From contig OZ024742.1 in NCBI GenBank assembly GCA_964016885.1, positions 292,206,001 to 292,270,000 of the forward strand: a stretch of DNA of 64,000 nt, written 5' to 3'. Source of the stretch: Eledone cirrhosa (taxonomy: Eukaryota). The notes beneath the pieces are model-generated. The model was given only the letters and a program-made list of their open reading frames with translations. It was not told the DNA's origin and ran no database searches. Of this stretch, positions 40,271 to 54,639 are shown in pieces (position 1 is the stretch's first letter; each line of letters opens with the position of its first letter). The translations under genes were made by a program, and so were the position numbers.

Positions 40271-41112
40271 CAAGGTCTGTCGAAAAGGTATCCGACTTAA
40301 TTTTTTTTTTTCTTTCTTTCTCTCCAGTGAGAAGTAGTGACGCCAAGAAAACAAAAGTATGCAGGGTGGAGGAACATACATTCGTGTGTATGTGTAGCTC
40401 TAGGGGAGCTTATTGAAAATAACAGTTGCAGTCAGACAGCCAGCATATGAAGGGCTGTATTACTTACTCATTGCATTTTCATTTTGCCTGATATGGTCAA
40501 CAAGGATCCTGAGTTCCTCAATACCATGATACCTGAAGATGAGATATGGGTGTATACTTATGATCCAGAAACCAAAGCTTAATCATCACAGTGAAAACAA
40601 CCAGCATTGCTAAGAAAAGCATGTCTGGTGTGGTGCAAAATCAAGGTAATGCAGATTGTTTTCTTTGATTATCAAGACAGACAGGCATTGGGCATTACAA
40701 AGGAGTACTATGAGAAAGTTCTCAATCTTCATTGTGATGCAGTTTGGTGTAATAGACTGGATCTAAGGGCCTTGCCAAACTGGCAGCTGCATCATGACAA
40801 TGCCCCAACTCATTCTTTGCAGTTGATCCGAGGTTTTTTGGCAAAGAAAGGAATTACTCTTACAAGCCATGCTCTCTGACTTCTAATTGTTCCTTGAAAT
40901 GAAGATGCCAATCAATGGACAAAATGCAGACTGTTACAGCAGAGCTGAGAGCCTCTCCAGAAGAAGCTGTGCTTTAAACAGTGAAAAAATTGCTGGGTTA
41001 AGTATGTAGAGGCACAAAGGCCCTACTTTAAAGGGATCAGCAATTGAATCTTACTAAGTACCTAATTTTTTTTCTCACTGTTTAAAGTTAGATGTTTCTT
41101 CAACTGACCTCA
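40271..41112 (+). mobile_element. Mariner-type DNA transposon relic, internally deleted
   Basis: Imperfect TIRs of about 28 bp (caaggtctgtcgaaaaggtatccgactt / aagttagatgtttcttcaactgacctca). Transposase remnants EDEIWVYTYDPETK and WQLHHDNAPTH. Confidence 0.85.
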
Positions 41113-41123
41113 TATATATATAT

Positions 41124-41443
41124 ATGGGTACAAGCTGAAGCATATAGACAATATGACCCCACACCCCCCACCGCAAGGTGGTCGTGGAGGTGCCACGGCA
41201 AAAAAGCACCCAGCCCACACTGTAAAGTGGACGTGTAGGCGCCACGAAAAAGCACCCAGCACTCACTGTAAATGAGGTTGGTGTTAGGAAGGGCATCCAG
41301 CTGTAGAAATCAAGCCAAATCAGTTCCTGTATGAGCAAGGCATGGTCAGCCGACCAGACACTGCCCACAACAGGACAACCCGTCTAACCCATGTTAGCGT
41401 GGAAGAACGGACGTAAAACGGTGATGATGATGATGATGATGAT
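41124..41443 (+). mobile_element. RTE subfamily 1, 3' UTR-only insertion in (TA)n
   Basis: Closely matches 22030-22351. Confidence 0.88.
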
Positions 41444-41460
41444 ACATATATATATATGTA

Positions 41461-41539
<79 letters not shown>

Positions 41540-41548
41540 ATGTATATA

Positions 41549-41715
41549 TAGTAGTGAAAGAGTGAAGAATAACATGGCCGGCTGTACAAAAAGGGTTTTA
41601 TTTACAATATTAACAATTGTTTCATTGATCACCTGATCAATGAAACAATTGTTAATATTGTAAATAAAACCCTTTTTGTACAGCCGGCCATGTTATTCTT
41701 CACTCTTTCACTATT
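41549..41715. repeat. Near-perfect fold-back hairpin (arms about 80 bp) at the start of a (TA)n-flanked unit (to about 41876)
   Basis: ...aacaattgtttcattgatca-cc-tgatcaatgaaacaattgtt...; contains an HHR-like 3' half (GAAA-caattg-TT). Confidence 0.88.
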
Positions 41716-41884
41716 ATTACTCTAAGAATGACCTGGATGGGAATTCTCACAAACTCGCTACCTAACTAAGGAAACCTCTTGTTGAGTCAAACAACGCCGT
41801 ACGTTAAAACTATCCATAGTACAGAGCACTCACAACCTCTAACTGGATTACCTAAAGCGATAACTTGTTATCCCATATATGTAT

Positions 41885-42211
41885 ATCATCATCATCATCA
41901 TTTTACGTCTGCTTTTCCCTGCTTGTAAGGGTGGGATGGGAACTGATTCTGGCTTGATTTCTACAGCTGGATGCCCTTCCTAACACCAACCTCATTTTAC
42001 AGTGAGTGCTGGGTGCTTTTTTGCCATGGCACCTACACGACCACTTTGCAGTGGAATGATAGGATCCCATCTCATTTCTACAGCTGAGTAAACTGGAGCA
42101 ATGTGAAATAAAGTGTCTTGCTCAAGGAAACAACACATCACCTGGTATGAGAATTGAACTCACAACCTTTCAATTGCAAACCCAATGCTCTAACCACTAA
42201 GCCATGTGCCT

Positions 42212-42214
<3 letters not shown>
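41885..42214 (-). mobile_element. SINE family B
   Basis: Matches 5032-5378. Confidence 0.85.
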
Positions 42215-42282
<68 letters not shown>

Positions 42283-43412
42283 TAGGGGGAGAGAGAGAGA
42301 GAGAGAGAGAGAGATATCAGTGTATAGCTATATTCATATCTGTGTCTTCATACAGGAATATATGAACTCTCAGACAAGGATGAATGTTCACCTTTATTCC
42401 TTGAAATCAGACTTCCCTTCTGTTCTTATATTAATATCCTGCCTTCTTGTACAAAAATCTATATACTTTACTTATTAAAATCATATTTACTTCTGTTGTT
42501 TATCTTCTTATTCATATTTCCTAAGATTTCCTTTTTATTTCTTGAGAAGGAAAATGGTGTATTCATTCCAATAATATTAGCAAATATTTGTTACTGATAA
42601 TTTACTGGAGAAATATAATGTCTTTTATACATTATATTAAACTAAAACAAGTTTTATTTAACATAGTTTACATTTTTTAAGCTAATATCTATAAAAAAAA
42701 TGTAATGTTTTATTTTAAAATTACATCTAAGCCTTTGTAATTGTGTTTCAAACTTCATTGAAAGAGAATCAACAGAGAAATTCTTCTTTATATTTGTTTA
42801 ATATTTGAAATACGAATGTGAGCTCTCTCTCCTCTCCCTCTCTCTTTCTCCCCCCTCGCTATCTTTCTACTCCTTTTGCTCTCTCTTCCTACCCCCTCTC
42901 ATATTTGCATTATGATCCACAGTGGATTAATAAATCCGCCATTTTGTATGCCAGGATAATACAGCTTCTTTCAGTTTGTTGCAAATGTCTCATGTTATTA
43001 AAAAGCTCACCTCTTCAAGAATATCAGTTCAAAATTGTCAAAATTTCAGTAATTCCATTGATAAATTAGAGTTACTTTTGTTGATGTGTTAATCTGATTA
43101 TTCTCCATATAATCCTAAGAACATTTACCAAACATTTCAGTACTTATAAAATACGGATTATTCTACATAAAATAGAGAATTTCTTGAAAAGGATTGAGGC
43201 ATGTTACAGAAGGAATTAGACATCATTATATTTCGGAAGAATCTGTATTAAACTATATTGGGGAATTAGAAGTTAGATGTTACACATGAAACAGCTTGGT
43301 TTTATTCTGTGTAGAAACATATATAAAGTTTGTTGAAAGCATAATGTTAAGATATTCTTTTATTCTTTTACTGGTTTCAGTCATTAGACTGTGGCCATGC
43401 TGGAGATTTTAA

Positions 43413-43633
43413 TCCTTTAGCATTTTACATTACTCAATATTTACTAATGTATTTTCATGATAAAGGCTTTACCCCACATAATTATATCAGATAATATCAA
43501 ATCTATGAGATTTTAATGTTATTCATTTTGAGAACGATACCTTAACATCAGTATGAGCAGCCAGTTACATCCAGTTTGACAGAAAGAGATGAGAGAATCC
43601 TGGCTGGATACAGCTGGTTTAAATGCTAAAGGG
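43413..43633 (+). mobile_element. TTAA-flanked MITE (piggyBac-type), apparently inserted in an older SINE
   Basis: TTAA|tcctttagcattt ... aaatgctaaaggg|TTAA. Related copies at about 60340-60533 (-) and 61919-62025 (+). Confidence 0.72.
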
Positions 43634-44454
43634 TTAAAGGAATTTTAGTCCATTATATCGACACAAGTACTTAGTTTTTCAAGCTTAGTACCTATTTCAT
43701 CAATTTATTTTTCATTGAACCCCCAAGTTATTGGACATAAATGTAGACACACATAAACACAGACATGGATACACACAAACACATTCAAACATACACACAC
43801 ATATATACTTAATTTAGAAAATGACTTCTACAGGATTAGAAATGAGTCATTTGTTCCAAATCATCAGGAATGTTAGATAAGGTTGCTCAGGGTCAGTATT
43901 TATAGATTTTTTTTAGGAGGTAGAGAAAAAAGATGAAAAAGAAAAGAAAGAAGAAAAAAAAGAAGAAAAAAAGGAAGAAAAAAAAGAAGAAAAAAAAGAA
44001 AAAAAAAACAAAATGAAAAAATAACAAAAAAGAAAATGAAGAAGAAGAAAGTTAGATAGGTTTTAACAATACAGAGAAGGCTTCATCATATGCATTAAAT
44101 GATGCCTCCAGTACACAGATAGATATCAGAAGAAGAAGAATGAGTAGGGGGAAGTGAGGTAATTAAAATGTTTGTTTGGTCAGTCTCTTGATGAAAGATA
44201 TAAGGTTGGAATATAGACAGGCTGTATCTTGTGATAGTAGTAGAGACACTGTTGTCATTGGGGATCATAAAGAATGTTATTGTATATTGGACACAAACAC
44301 CTACGTGCTGGTACAATGTCATGGTTACTTGTTCACATACATCTCATATGCACATATATATACATACGCACAGGTATTAACACATACTCACACACTCAGT
44401 TGTATACATATACACACTTATTCTTAAACAGACACACACATATATATATATATA

Positions 44455-46107
44455 TCATCATCATCATCATCATCATCGTTTAACGTCCATATTCCACGCT
44501 TGCATGGGTTTGGACGGGAGTTTTCCCACTTGAGGCAAGAGTGGTTGTCTTGCTCGCATAGGACTGTTAGGCGGGTTTTCTACAGCTGGATGCCCTTCCT
44601 AACACCAACCACATTTACAGTGTGGGGCTGGGAGGTTTTTACCGTGTTGCCTACACGGCCACATTACAGCGTGGACTGTGTGTGTTTTGTCGTGACACCT
44701 ACACGACCTCATTTGTTTCGGGCTGGATGTTGTGGTACCAACATAACTTTACATCGAAAGGGGTGGTGTAGATGGGGTGGGGGCGGTGGGACGGGGGTGT
44801 ATTTTTGTTAGAGGTGCCTACTGACTGTAGGTTTCGCTTTGTACTTAGGCAAGGCGGGTCTTCTCTATTACTGTGTAGCGCCAAAGATCTCGGTCCAGTG
44901 ACATTGTCTTGGAGAGGTGTAAGTGTGTGAGGTCAGAATTTATCAAGTCGTCCCAGGTTTTTCTGGGTCTGCCTACTCCGTGGCTACCGTCTATTTTTAT
45001 TGCCCTGCACTTTTTTATACAGCTGTCGTCTTTCATGAGCATCACGTGACCATACCAACGTAGTCTTCTCTCGAGTAAACAACATCTGATCCCTCTTATT
45101 TCTAATTTTTCCCTTAGTTCGTTTATGCTTTGCCATTCACGTATATTACTATTACACATCCAGTGGAGCATGCAAGCTTCGTTCCTCTCCAGTCTGCGTA
45201 TATCCTCTGCACACAATGCCCAGGTCTCACTGCCATGTAACATTGCTGTTCGTATGCAGGCATCATACAGCCTGCCTTTCATTTTTAGGGAGAACCCTTT
45301 AGCGGCTAATAGTGGTATAAGCTCTCTGAACTTTTTCCATCCAGTTCTGACTCTAGCTACTGTACTTTCAGAGCACCCACCCCCACTGCTGATTTTGTCA
45401 CCCAGGTAACGGAAACTGTCCACTATTTCTATAGAACCATCTGTGCAATGGAATGAGCTAGTATTCTGTGGGCACTTGCTGCTACTTATTGCATCAGAGC
45501 ACCGGCCACATATAAAATCTATGTTCTTAGTTAGCTTACCTGTGATCCCACTACATCTTTTATGCACCCATACTTTGCATTTGGGACATAAAATGGAGTT
45601 TCTACCTACTCCTTTCCTACACACTGAGCATGGCCATTTCCCGGATGGGACCGGTGCCCTATTTTCCTTCCTACAAACTAGAACTTTAGTCTTAAACAGG
45701 TTAATTTTAAGGCCTTTTGATACTAGGCCATGCTTCCATGTTTGGAATTTCTTCTCTAGTTCGGCCATTGATTCAGCTATGAGCGTTAGATCATCTGCGT
45801 ATACGAGTTCCCATGGGCAGCCGGTCTTGAACTCCACTGTTATAGCCTGAAGGGCAATATTAAATAGTAGGGGGCTAAGAACGGAGCCCTGATGAACACC
45901 AACTTTTACGCTAAACTCTTCACTATATTCGTTGTTAATTCTAACCTTGCTGACTGTTTATTTATACATGGCTTGTATAGCTCTCACAAGCCATTCATCA
46001 ACAGCTAGTTTTCTAAGAGCCTACCAGATAATGGAACGGGGGACTCTGTCGAAGGCTTTCTCCAAGTCGACAAAAGCTAAGTATCGGGGTTTACTTTTAG
46101 CTAGGTA
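44455..46107 (-). mobile_element. RTE LINE subfamily 2, 5'-truncated
   Basis: ORF 44845-45837 with LVYADD, PHD-like finger, FRYLG, RRLRWYGHV; (ATG)n tail; both ends abut (TA)n. Confidence 0.93.
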
Positions 46108-46110
46108 GTA

Positions 46111-46141
<31 letters not shown>

Positions 46142-46372
46142 GCAAAAAGTAAATAGAAATAACGAAGCAAACAACACAATTCACTGAAGAAATATATTAG
46201 TTTAATGCTTGATATAGTAGGAAAAGAGCCTTTACGTTTCAGACACTAGTCCTTCATCAATGGATAGAATGAGAAATAAAAGATGAAATAAAAAGATAGA
46301 GTGAGAAGAGGAAGGAACAGAAAAATGTTTTTGGAGGAAAAAAAAACATGTTCATACAAACATATATATATA

Positions 46373-46966
46373 TGGAGGCACATGGCTTAGTGGTTAGAGC
46401 ATTGGCCTTGCAATCGAAAGGTTGTGAGTTCAATCCTCAGACTGGATGATGTGTTGTTTCCTTGAGCAAGACACTTTATTTCACATTGTTCCAGTTTACT
46501 CAGCTGTAGAAATCAAGCCAGAATCAGTTCCCGTCCCACCCTTGCAAGCAAGGAAAAAGCGGACGTAAAATGAAATGATATATATATCATCATCATTTTA
46601 TACTTTTTTTAATTATATATACATAGATACATCATCATCATTTTACATCCGCTTTTTCCCTGCTTGCAAGGGTGGGACGGGAACTGATTCTGGCTTGATT
46701 TCTACAGCTGGATGCCCTTCCTAACACCAACCTCATTTACAGTGTGGGCTGGGTGCTTTTTTGCTGTGGCACCTCCACAACCACTTTGCAGTGGAATGAT
46801 AGGGACCCCAGTCCCTATCATCTTATTTGTACAGCTGAGTAAACTGAAGCAATGTGAAATAAAGTGTCTTGCTCAAGGAAACAACACATCACCTGGTCTG
46901 AGAATTGAACTCACAACCTTTCAATTGCAAGGCCAATGCTCTAACCACTAAGCCATGTGCCTTCAC
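46373..46966. mobile_element. Two SINE family B copies tail-to-tail (46373-46580 +, internally deleted; 46630-46966 -)
   Basis: The + copy jumps between the two cagctgtagaaat repeats of the consensus; the - copy is full length. Confidence 0.85.
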
Positions 46967-48451
46967 ATATATGTACATATATTTACACATACCTTCAGTG
47001 GGCTTCTGAAATTTCTGCTTACAAAATTTAGTTTAGAAGACATTGGTCAACTGAAGGCTATAATACTATGTGGTTGTGAATCAAAATCTTTGACCATACA
47101 GCCATGCCTACACCTATGAGAAATAAAATATATTTTATTACAATAAAATTGAACATACACAGTTTACATTGAAGTTAATGCTTTGGGTGTTTATTCATAT
47201 AAATTTTATTTACATATAAATACGATTTATATAATGAATATTATTTGCACAAAATAAAATCAATAAAAATTAATCAGAGGAAAATAGAGAAAAAAGATAT
47301 GAACACTCCCCAGGCCTATCAATTCTGTGGGGAGATCTACCACCTACTTTGGGGTGGGTGAGAGATGTCTTCTCTTGTGAAAATGGTTATAGCTTTCATT
47401 ATGAAAAATCTCCCCATTTTGCCTCATTTCTCCCGGATTTAGGGGCAACCTTTTTCATAGCACTCCTTGTTTGGGGTTTTAGAGGTTGGCAGGTCTGACT
47501 CCCTCAATTACACACTATAATGGTGATGTTTGCCTCTAAAAATTATTGGCACAAGCTGAAATATTCATGACATTACTTCAGGTATTAGAAAGTTCCTTAA
47601 TTACACTCAACATCTCAAATATTACAGGCTGAAAAATAGTTTACTGATAATTCCTTTATTGAATTGGTGTTGATAGATTTTCAGGTTTTTACATTAGCTC
47701 TTTCACAACCATATTCTTGAATAAAGTTCCACTTAATCTTTAAGATACTGAAGAATTTTAAAATATTTAGTAAGATTTAGACACAGGCATGGCTGTGTGC
47801 TTGAGTCCCAAATAATACAGGGGGTGGAATAAGTGGGAGTTGGAAAATTGATAATTTTTCTAGGTTATCACTCTTGATTTTTTAAAAACAGAAACAGCAA
47901 TCATTCCACCACTAGCTGTAGTTCAGTAGATACTCAGATGACCCACCTCATCTATCTTCAGTCTCCAAAACATGATGACCAAGAAACAGACAACCAAGGA
48001 GTTAAAAAACCTCCTCTACTGCATCAATAATATCAACCCATTGTGTTTTGATAAAAAGAAGAAACCAAAGCAAGGAATAGAAGTGACAAACTGTCAACAT
48101 CGGTGGAATATATATATATAAAACTCTACTATATTTTTCAGAATATAGAATGTATTCTTATTTTGAAGAAAAAGGTTTGAGGAAAATATTAATAGCTTAT
48201 GTATAGTACACACACACACAGACACATTTATATATAAGTATGTGTGCGTGTCTACATCATCATCATGGTTTTATGTCTATTGCCCATGTATGAGTTGGAC
48301 AGATTGTCATGTTCTGAAACTAGACAGGTCAGGTGATTACAATGCACTCATCACTCATACATTCCATTCTAGCATAGTTTCTACAGCTGGATGATCTTAA
48401 TGACAACCATTTCACAGTGAATAACCTGCATATTTTATCATGGCAGCAGCA

Positions 48452-48512
<61 letters not shown>

Positions 48513-49229
48513 CAATAGTGAGCGCACAGGACAAAGACAATGGAAAAAACAACAATAAAAAGACGGACTCTGCCATCTCCTCAGTCAACCACTGAAAGTC
48601 ACTAGTTTCAGTGCATTAAGGTTGACACCATTCATTCTAGTGCAATATATATATATATATTCACTATTCAGCATCCACATTCCAGGCTGGCATGGGCTGG
48701 ACCAGTTGTCACAGTCCAAGATATGATAGGTCATAGAGACCACACCCTGCTCATACATTCCACATTTCATATTTTTACATGGTTTCTCTGGCTGGATGCC
48801 CTTACTAATGCCAACCAGTTGACAGAGTGTACTGGGTACATTTTATTGTAGCATCAGTACATAAGTTTGTAAGATGTACTTGGTCAATTTTATCAAAGCA
48901 CCACCACTACAGAGTCTGTCATGTACTTGGTAAACTTCTCCAGTCTATACTATTTCAAATAAACTATGCCAAAAGTGTGGAAAGTACAGCTGCAATGATG
49001 ATAATGAAACAGCATGTACAATCATTCTCATAAATACCATTTAAAGTGTGTGCATGCATGTGTATGAATATATGTAAATGTGTGTATATGCATATGTATG
49101 CATTTATATACAAGTATATGTATATGTGTTTGTGTGTGTGTATATATATATGATGATATGTATGTGAGCTTGTGTGTATACATTGCCAGCACACATTTTA
49201 TAGATTACATACATGAAGATATATATATA

Positions 49230-49271
<42 letters not shown>

Positions 49272-49348
49272 ATATATATATATGTATATATATACATATA
49301 TGTGAATATAACACTAATCTATTTTATCGATTCCCCCCTCTCTCTCTC

Positions 49349-49407
<59 letters not shown>

Positions 49408-49525
49408 GTACATATATATATATACATATATATATACATATACATATATACATATTCATATACATATATATACATATACATATATACATATTCCTATACA
49501 TATATATATATATACATACATATAC

Positions 49526-49557
<32 letters not shown>

Positions 49558-49625
49558 ATACATACACACATGTCCATATATATATATATACATACATATA
49601 TATACATATATACATATATACATAT

Positions 49626-49668
<43 letters not shown>

Positions 49669-50050
49669 GGCACATCCATATCAATCATTAAATCACTGCA
49701 GGTTATCACTTAATCTTATTTCTGAAGAAAAGTCAAAAGAAAATAATGAGAAAACCAAAAATGTCTGAAAATAAATAAATATTTAAGAAAGAGAGCGAAA
49801 GAAGGAGAATCAGTTTAAGAAAGTGTTCCAGTCATTCCTTTTCTGTCAATATAGCAATTGTGAACCAGAAGGAGATATGTATTGATGATATTTCTCTTTG
49901 ATGTTAGTATAAACCAGGTTAAGTATATTGTATATCTCCGTAGTATATGTATGTATGTGCACATGTGTGTGTGTGTGTATGCGTGTGTGTGTGCGTATAT
50001 GTGTGTGTGCGTATATGTGTGTGTGCTTGTATATGTGTAAATATGTATGA

Positions 50051-50092
<42 letters not shown>

Positions 50093-50148
50093 TCATACAT
50101 ATTTACACATATACAAGCACACACACGTATACACACTCACACACGCAT

Positions 50149-50203
<55 letters not shown>

Positions 50204-50397
50204 TGTGTGTGTGTGTATATATACATATGCATGTAGGTATCCATTATCTATAAACACACTCACATCTATACATACAAACATACTCATACACATGTATATA
50301 TAACACCAACCTATTTATATATGTGTGTGTGTGTGAATATATACAGATATATATATAAACATATATAAATATACATACATACTTATACACACACATA

Positions 50398-50458
<61 letters not shown>

Positions 50459-50485
50459 TATATATATATATAAATATATATATAC

Positions 50486-50525
<40 letters not shown>

Positions 50526-50854
50526 AAGAGTAATAAGTTGAGAGATCAAACTTGGTTGAGATATTCCAAGAAGATTTAAAGCTTAATGTGTTTCTACAAT
50601 CCACAAGTAGAATGAACTGATTCATCCAAAGTGTAATCCATCAGGTAAATTAATCCAAAATATTGCACAAGTGTAAGGTCATAGAACATTTATAATAATA
50701 ATATATCCAAGAGTTCAGACAGAATTAACTTATTTTAACAATTTTATTTGTTGTAAATTCCATCTTAACTCCTTGGTTTTATCATGCGTGTGTGTGAATT
50801 CTATCAGAGGCAACCACAGTAAGTAAGGTACTCAATACATTAGTAGAGTATATT

Positions 50855-50998
50855 ACAAATTTAATATAGAAATGGCTTCTATAAGACTAGAAGTGTTTCA
50901 TTTGAAGGAAATCATCAGGAAAGCCCTCAAGCTTTCCTGATGTTTACCTTCAAATGAAATAGTTCTAGTCCTGTAGACGCCATTCCTATATTAAATTT

Positions 50999-51000
<2 letters not shown>
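50855..51000. repeat. Imperfect 146-bp hairpin with an HHR-like core on each arm
   Basis: acaaatttaatatag...catcaggaaagc-cctcaa-gctttcctgatg...ctatattaaatttgt; CTGATGA-tttccttcaaat-GAAA on the minus arm. Related copy at 43808-43870. Confidence 0.7.
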
Positions 51001-51051
<51 letters not shown>

Positions 51052-51056
51052 CAAAT

Positions 51057-51107
51057 ACATGTTTCATTGATGAGGGTCCAATAAAATCCGAAAATTGATT
51101 AAAGATG
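51057..51107 (+). ncRNA. Degenerate minimal hammerhead ribozyme
   Basis: TTGATGA-gggt-ccaataaa-atcc-GAAA-attgat-TA-aagatg; stem I is poor. Confidence 0.5.
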
Positions 51108-51249
51108 TTTTTCATTTTTTCAATTTACAGGGAAATTCCTATTTTCTGTTATGTTTACATGTCTACATATTAGATATGTATATATATATATTTATACACA
51201 CTCAGTATTTATACAGATATAATTTATCATTTTGATGGCTAGCACACTT

Positions 51250-51291
<42 letters not shown>

Positions 51292-51635
51292 GTGTGTGTG
51301 TGTATTGTAGAACTTATGCACTAACTGACAGTCTTCAATTGCAGAGCAAGGTAGAAAAAAAATGAAATATCTGTACATACCACAGATATCTTCCTCTTTT
51401 TTTGCTTGTTATTTCTCATTAAACATACTCTACTTATTCTTACTTCAAAGAATCCTCTGACTTAGTGCATTTATACACCACTCATAACGCTCTCTATCGA
51501 CCCCCTCTCTATGAACCCTCTCTCATACTCTCACTCTGTCTTCTCTTAACAACAAGGGGTAAAAATACAGTCATCACTTGCTTGTTTAGTATGAAGGAAA
51601 GAAAAATATTGATATGTCCATGTATACATACACTT

Positions 51636-52442
<807 letters not shown>

Positions 52443-52451
52443 TTATATATG

Positions 52452-52484
<33 letters not shown>

Positions 52485-52492
52485 ATATATAT

Positions 52493-52608
<116 letters not shown>

Positions 52609-52618
52609 TATATAATAT

Positions 52619-52652
<34 letters not shown>

Positions 52653-52764
52653 CCAAACAGCAATGTTACATGGTAGTGTTACATGGTAGTGAGACCTGGG
52701 CACTGAAGGTGGAATTCTGACGTAGATTAGAAAGAAACAAAGCCTGCATGCTCCGATGGATGTG

Positions 52765-52886
<122 letters not shown>

Positions 52887-52936
52887 GATTTTTGACTGCG
52901 GTAAGAATTTATTTCTTATATCAAAGTTTAATGGGC

Positions 52937-53061
52937 TTCCACTGATGATTTATAAGCGCCCACCTAAATATATTCTTACATGAATATATATTAGGCTTCT
53001 ACATAAACTGGAAATATTCTCCCAACTTGTAAAAAACTTATAATGAAACAATTGTTTGGAA
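52937..53061 (+). ncRNA. Type I hammerhead ribozyme with a very long branched stem II
   Basis: ttcca-CTGATGA-t-ttataag-[about 80 nt with internal hairpin cctaa-atatattc...gaatatat-a-ttagg]-cttataa-t-GAAA-caattg-TT-tggaa. Confidence 0.8.
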
Positions 53062-53307
53062 AGAGAGATATACTTTAACTTTAATTATATCTCATAAAAT
53101 AATACAACTGGTTTTTCCACATTATACATATTGTTAGCACCCCAAACACTTAAATTGGGTTTATATTTAAATATAACCTAATGTTTGTTGAGTGAGATGG
53201 TTACCAGTCAGAGTTTAGCTTTAAACTATCTCTGTTATTGTATTAAATATATATATATATATATATACGATATTAATAAATGGAAACTATATTTATAAAA
53301 CCATATT

Positions 53308-53372
53308 TATTTCATTATACATATTTCAGGGATACCAAATTAAAATATGGTATGCCTTCATCAGACAAAATA
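53308..53372 (-). ncRNA. Type I hammerhead ribozyme (mirror of 54575-54639)
   Basis: Reverse complement of the + strand motif. Confidence 0.78.
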
Positions 53373-54574
53373 CAATATATAAACAGTTTTATAAATAATT
53401 TTGACGTACCCTATTAAATGCAACCATTATTTTTGGAAGGTGTCTGGATAGTGAAATGTTTATTATTTTATTAGTTATAGTGTTAAGCACAGTTAGAAAA
53501 AGATGGAGAGAAAGAAAGAAAAGACGGAGCGAGAGAAGGAGAGAGAAAGAAGGAGAGAGAGAAAAAGAAAATCTGGAGAAATATCGGAGAGAGAGAGAAA
53601 TGTATGTAGAAAAGAAAGAGATAAATAGATAGGAGGAAATAAAAAGAAAGAAAAAAAGGAAGAAATAAGAAAAACAAAGGAAAGCAACAGAGAGATAATA
53701 AGTCATCATACAGATAGAAAAACTCAAGAGAGAGAAAATACTATATAGAGAGAGGGGGGAGATAGTAACAACTTTACGTCATGTCATATTAAGTTGAGTT
53801 AACAATTTATATGAAATGAATAATAAAAATATAAATATCAATATTCATGAATGGGACATAGATATATAATATGAGAAAATAACATTGTTCAATAATGACC
53901 ATATGTTTAGTTTAAAAACTCGAGATCAATATACCAAAATCTGAGTTAAATCCCATATTTGTATCCTGATTTTTATAAATAGGGTACTTTTTTGAGGGAT
54001 TTAACTCAGATTTTGGTATATTGATCTCGAGTTTTTAAACTAAACATATGGTCATTATTGAACAATGTTATTTTCTCATATTATATATCTATGTCCCATT
54101 CATGAATATTGATATTTATATTTTTATTATTCATTTCATATAAATTGTTAACTCAACTTAATATGACATGACGTAAAGTTGTCACTATCTCCCCCTCTCT
54201 CTATATAGTATTTTCTCTCTCTTGAGTTTTTCTATCTGTATGATGACTTATTATCTATCTGTTGCTTTCCTTTGTTTTTTTTATTTCTTCCTTTTTCTTT
54301 CTTTTTATTTCCTCCTATCTATTTATCTCTTTCTTTTCTACATACATTTCTCTCTCTCTCCGATATTTCTCCAGGTTTTCTTTTTCTCTCTCTCCTTCTT
54401 TCTCTCTCCTTCTCTCTCTTCGTCTTTTCTTTCTTTCTCTCCGTCTTTTTCTAACTGTGCTTAACACTATAACTAATAAAATAATAAACATTTCACTATC
54501 CAGACAGCTTCCAAAAATAATGGTTGCATTTAATAGGGTACGTCAAAATTATTTATAAAACTGCTTATATATTG

Positions 54575-54639
54575 TATTTTGTCTGATGAAGGCATACCAT
54601 ATTTTAATTTGGTATCCCTGAAATATGTATAATGAAATA
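54575..54639 (+). ncRNA. Type I hammerhead ribozyme
   Basis: tattttgt-CTGATGA-agg-c-atacca...tggtat-c-cct-GAAA-tatgta-TA-atgaaata. Confidence 0.78.

Noticed and set aside
46225-46268. HHR candidate on the minus strand (TTGATGA-aggac-tagt-gtct-GAAA)
   Set aside because: Core and stem II are plausible, but stems I and III could not be formed; not listed as a feature.
48550-48630. CTGAGGA plus hairpin on the minus strand in a TA-flanked unit
   Set aside because: No GAAA follows the stem; the junction cannot be closed.
53389-54558. Mirror Phe/Leu/Ser-rich ORFs resembling membrane peptides
   Set aside because: They arise from CT-rich low complexity in the palindrome arms.
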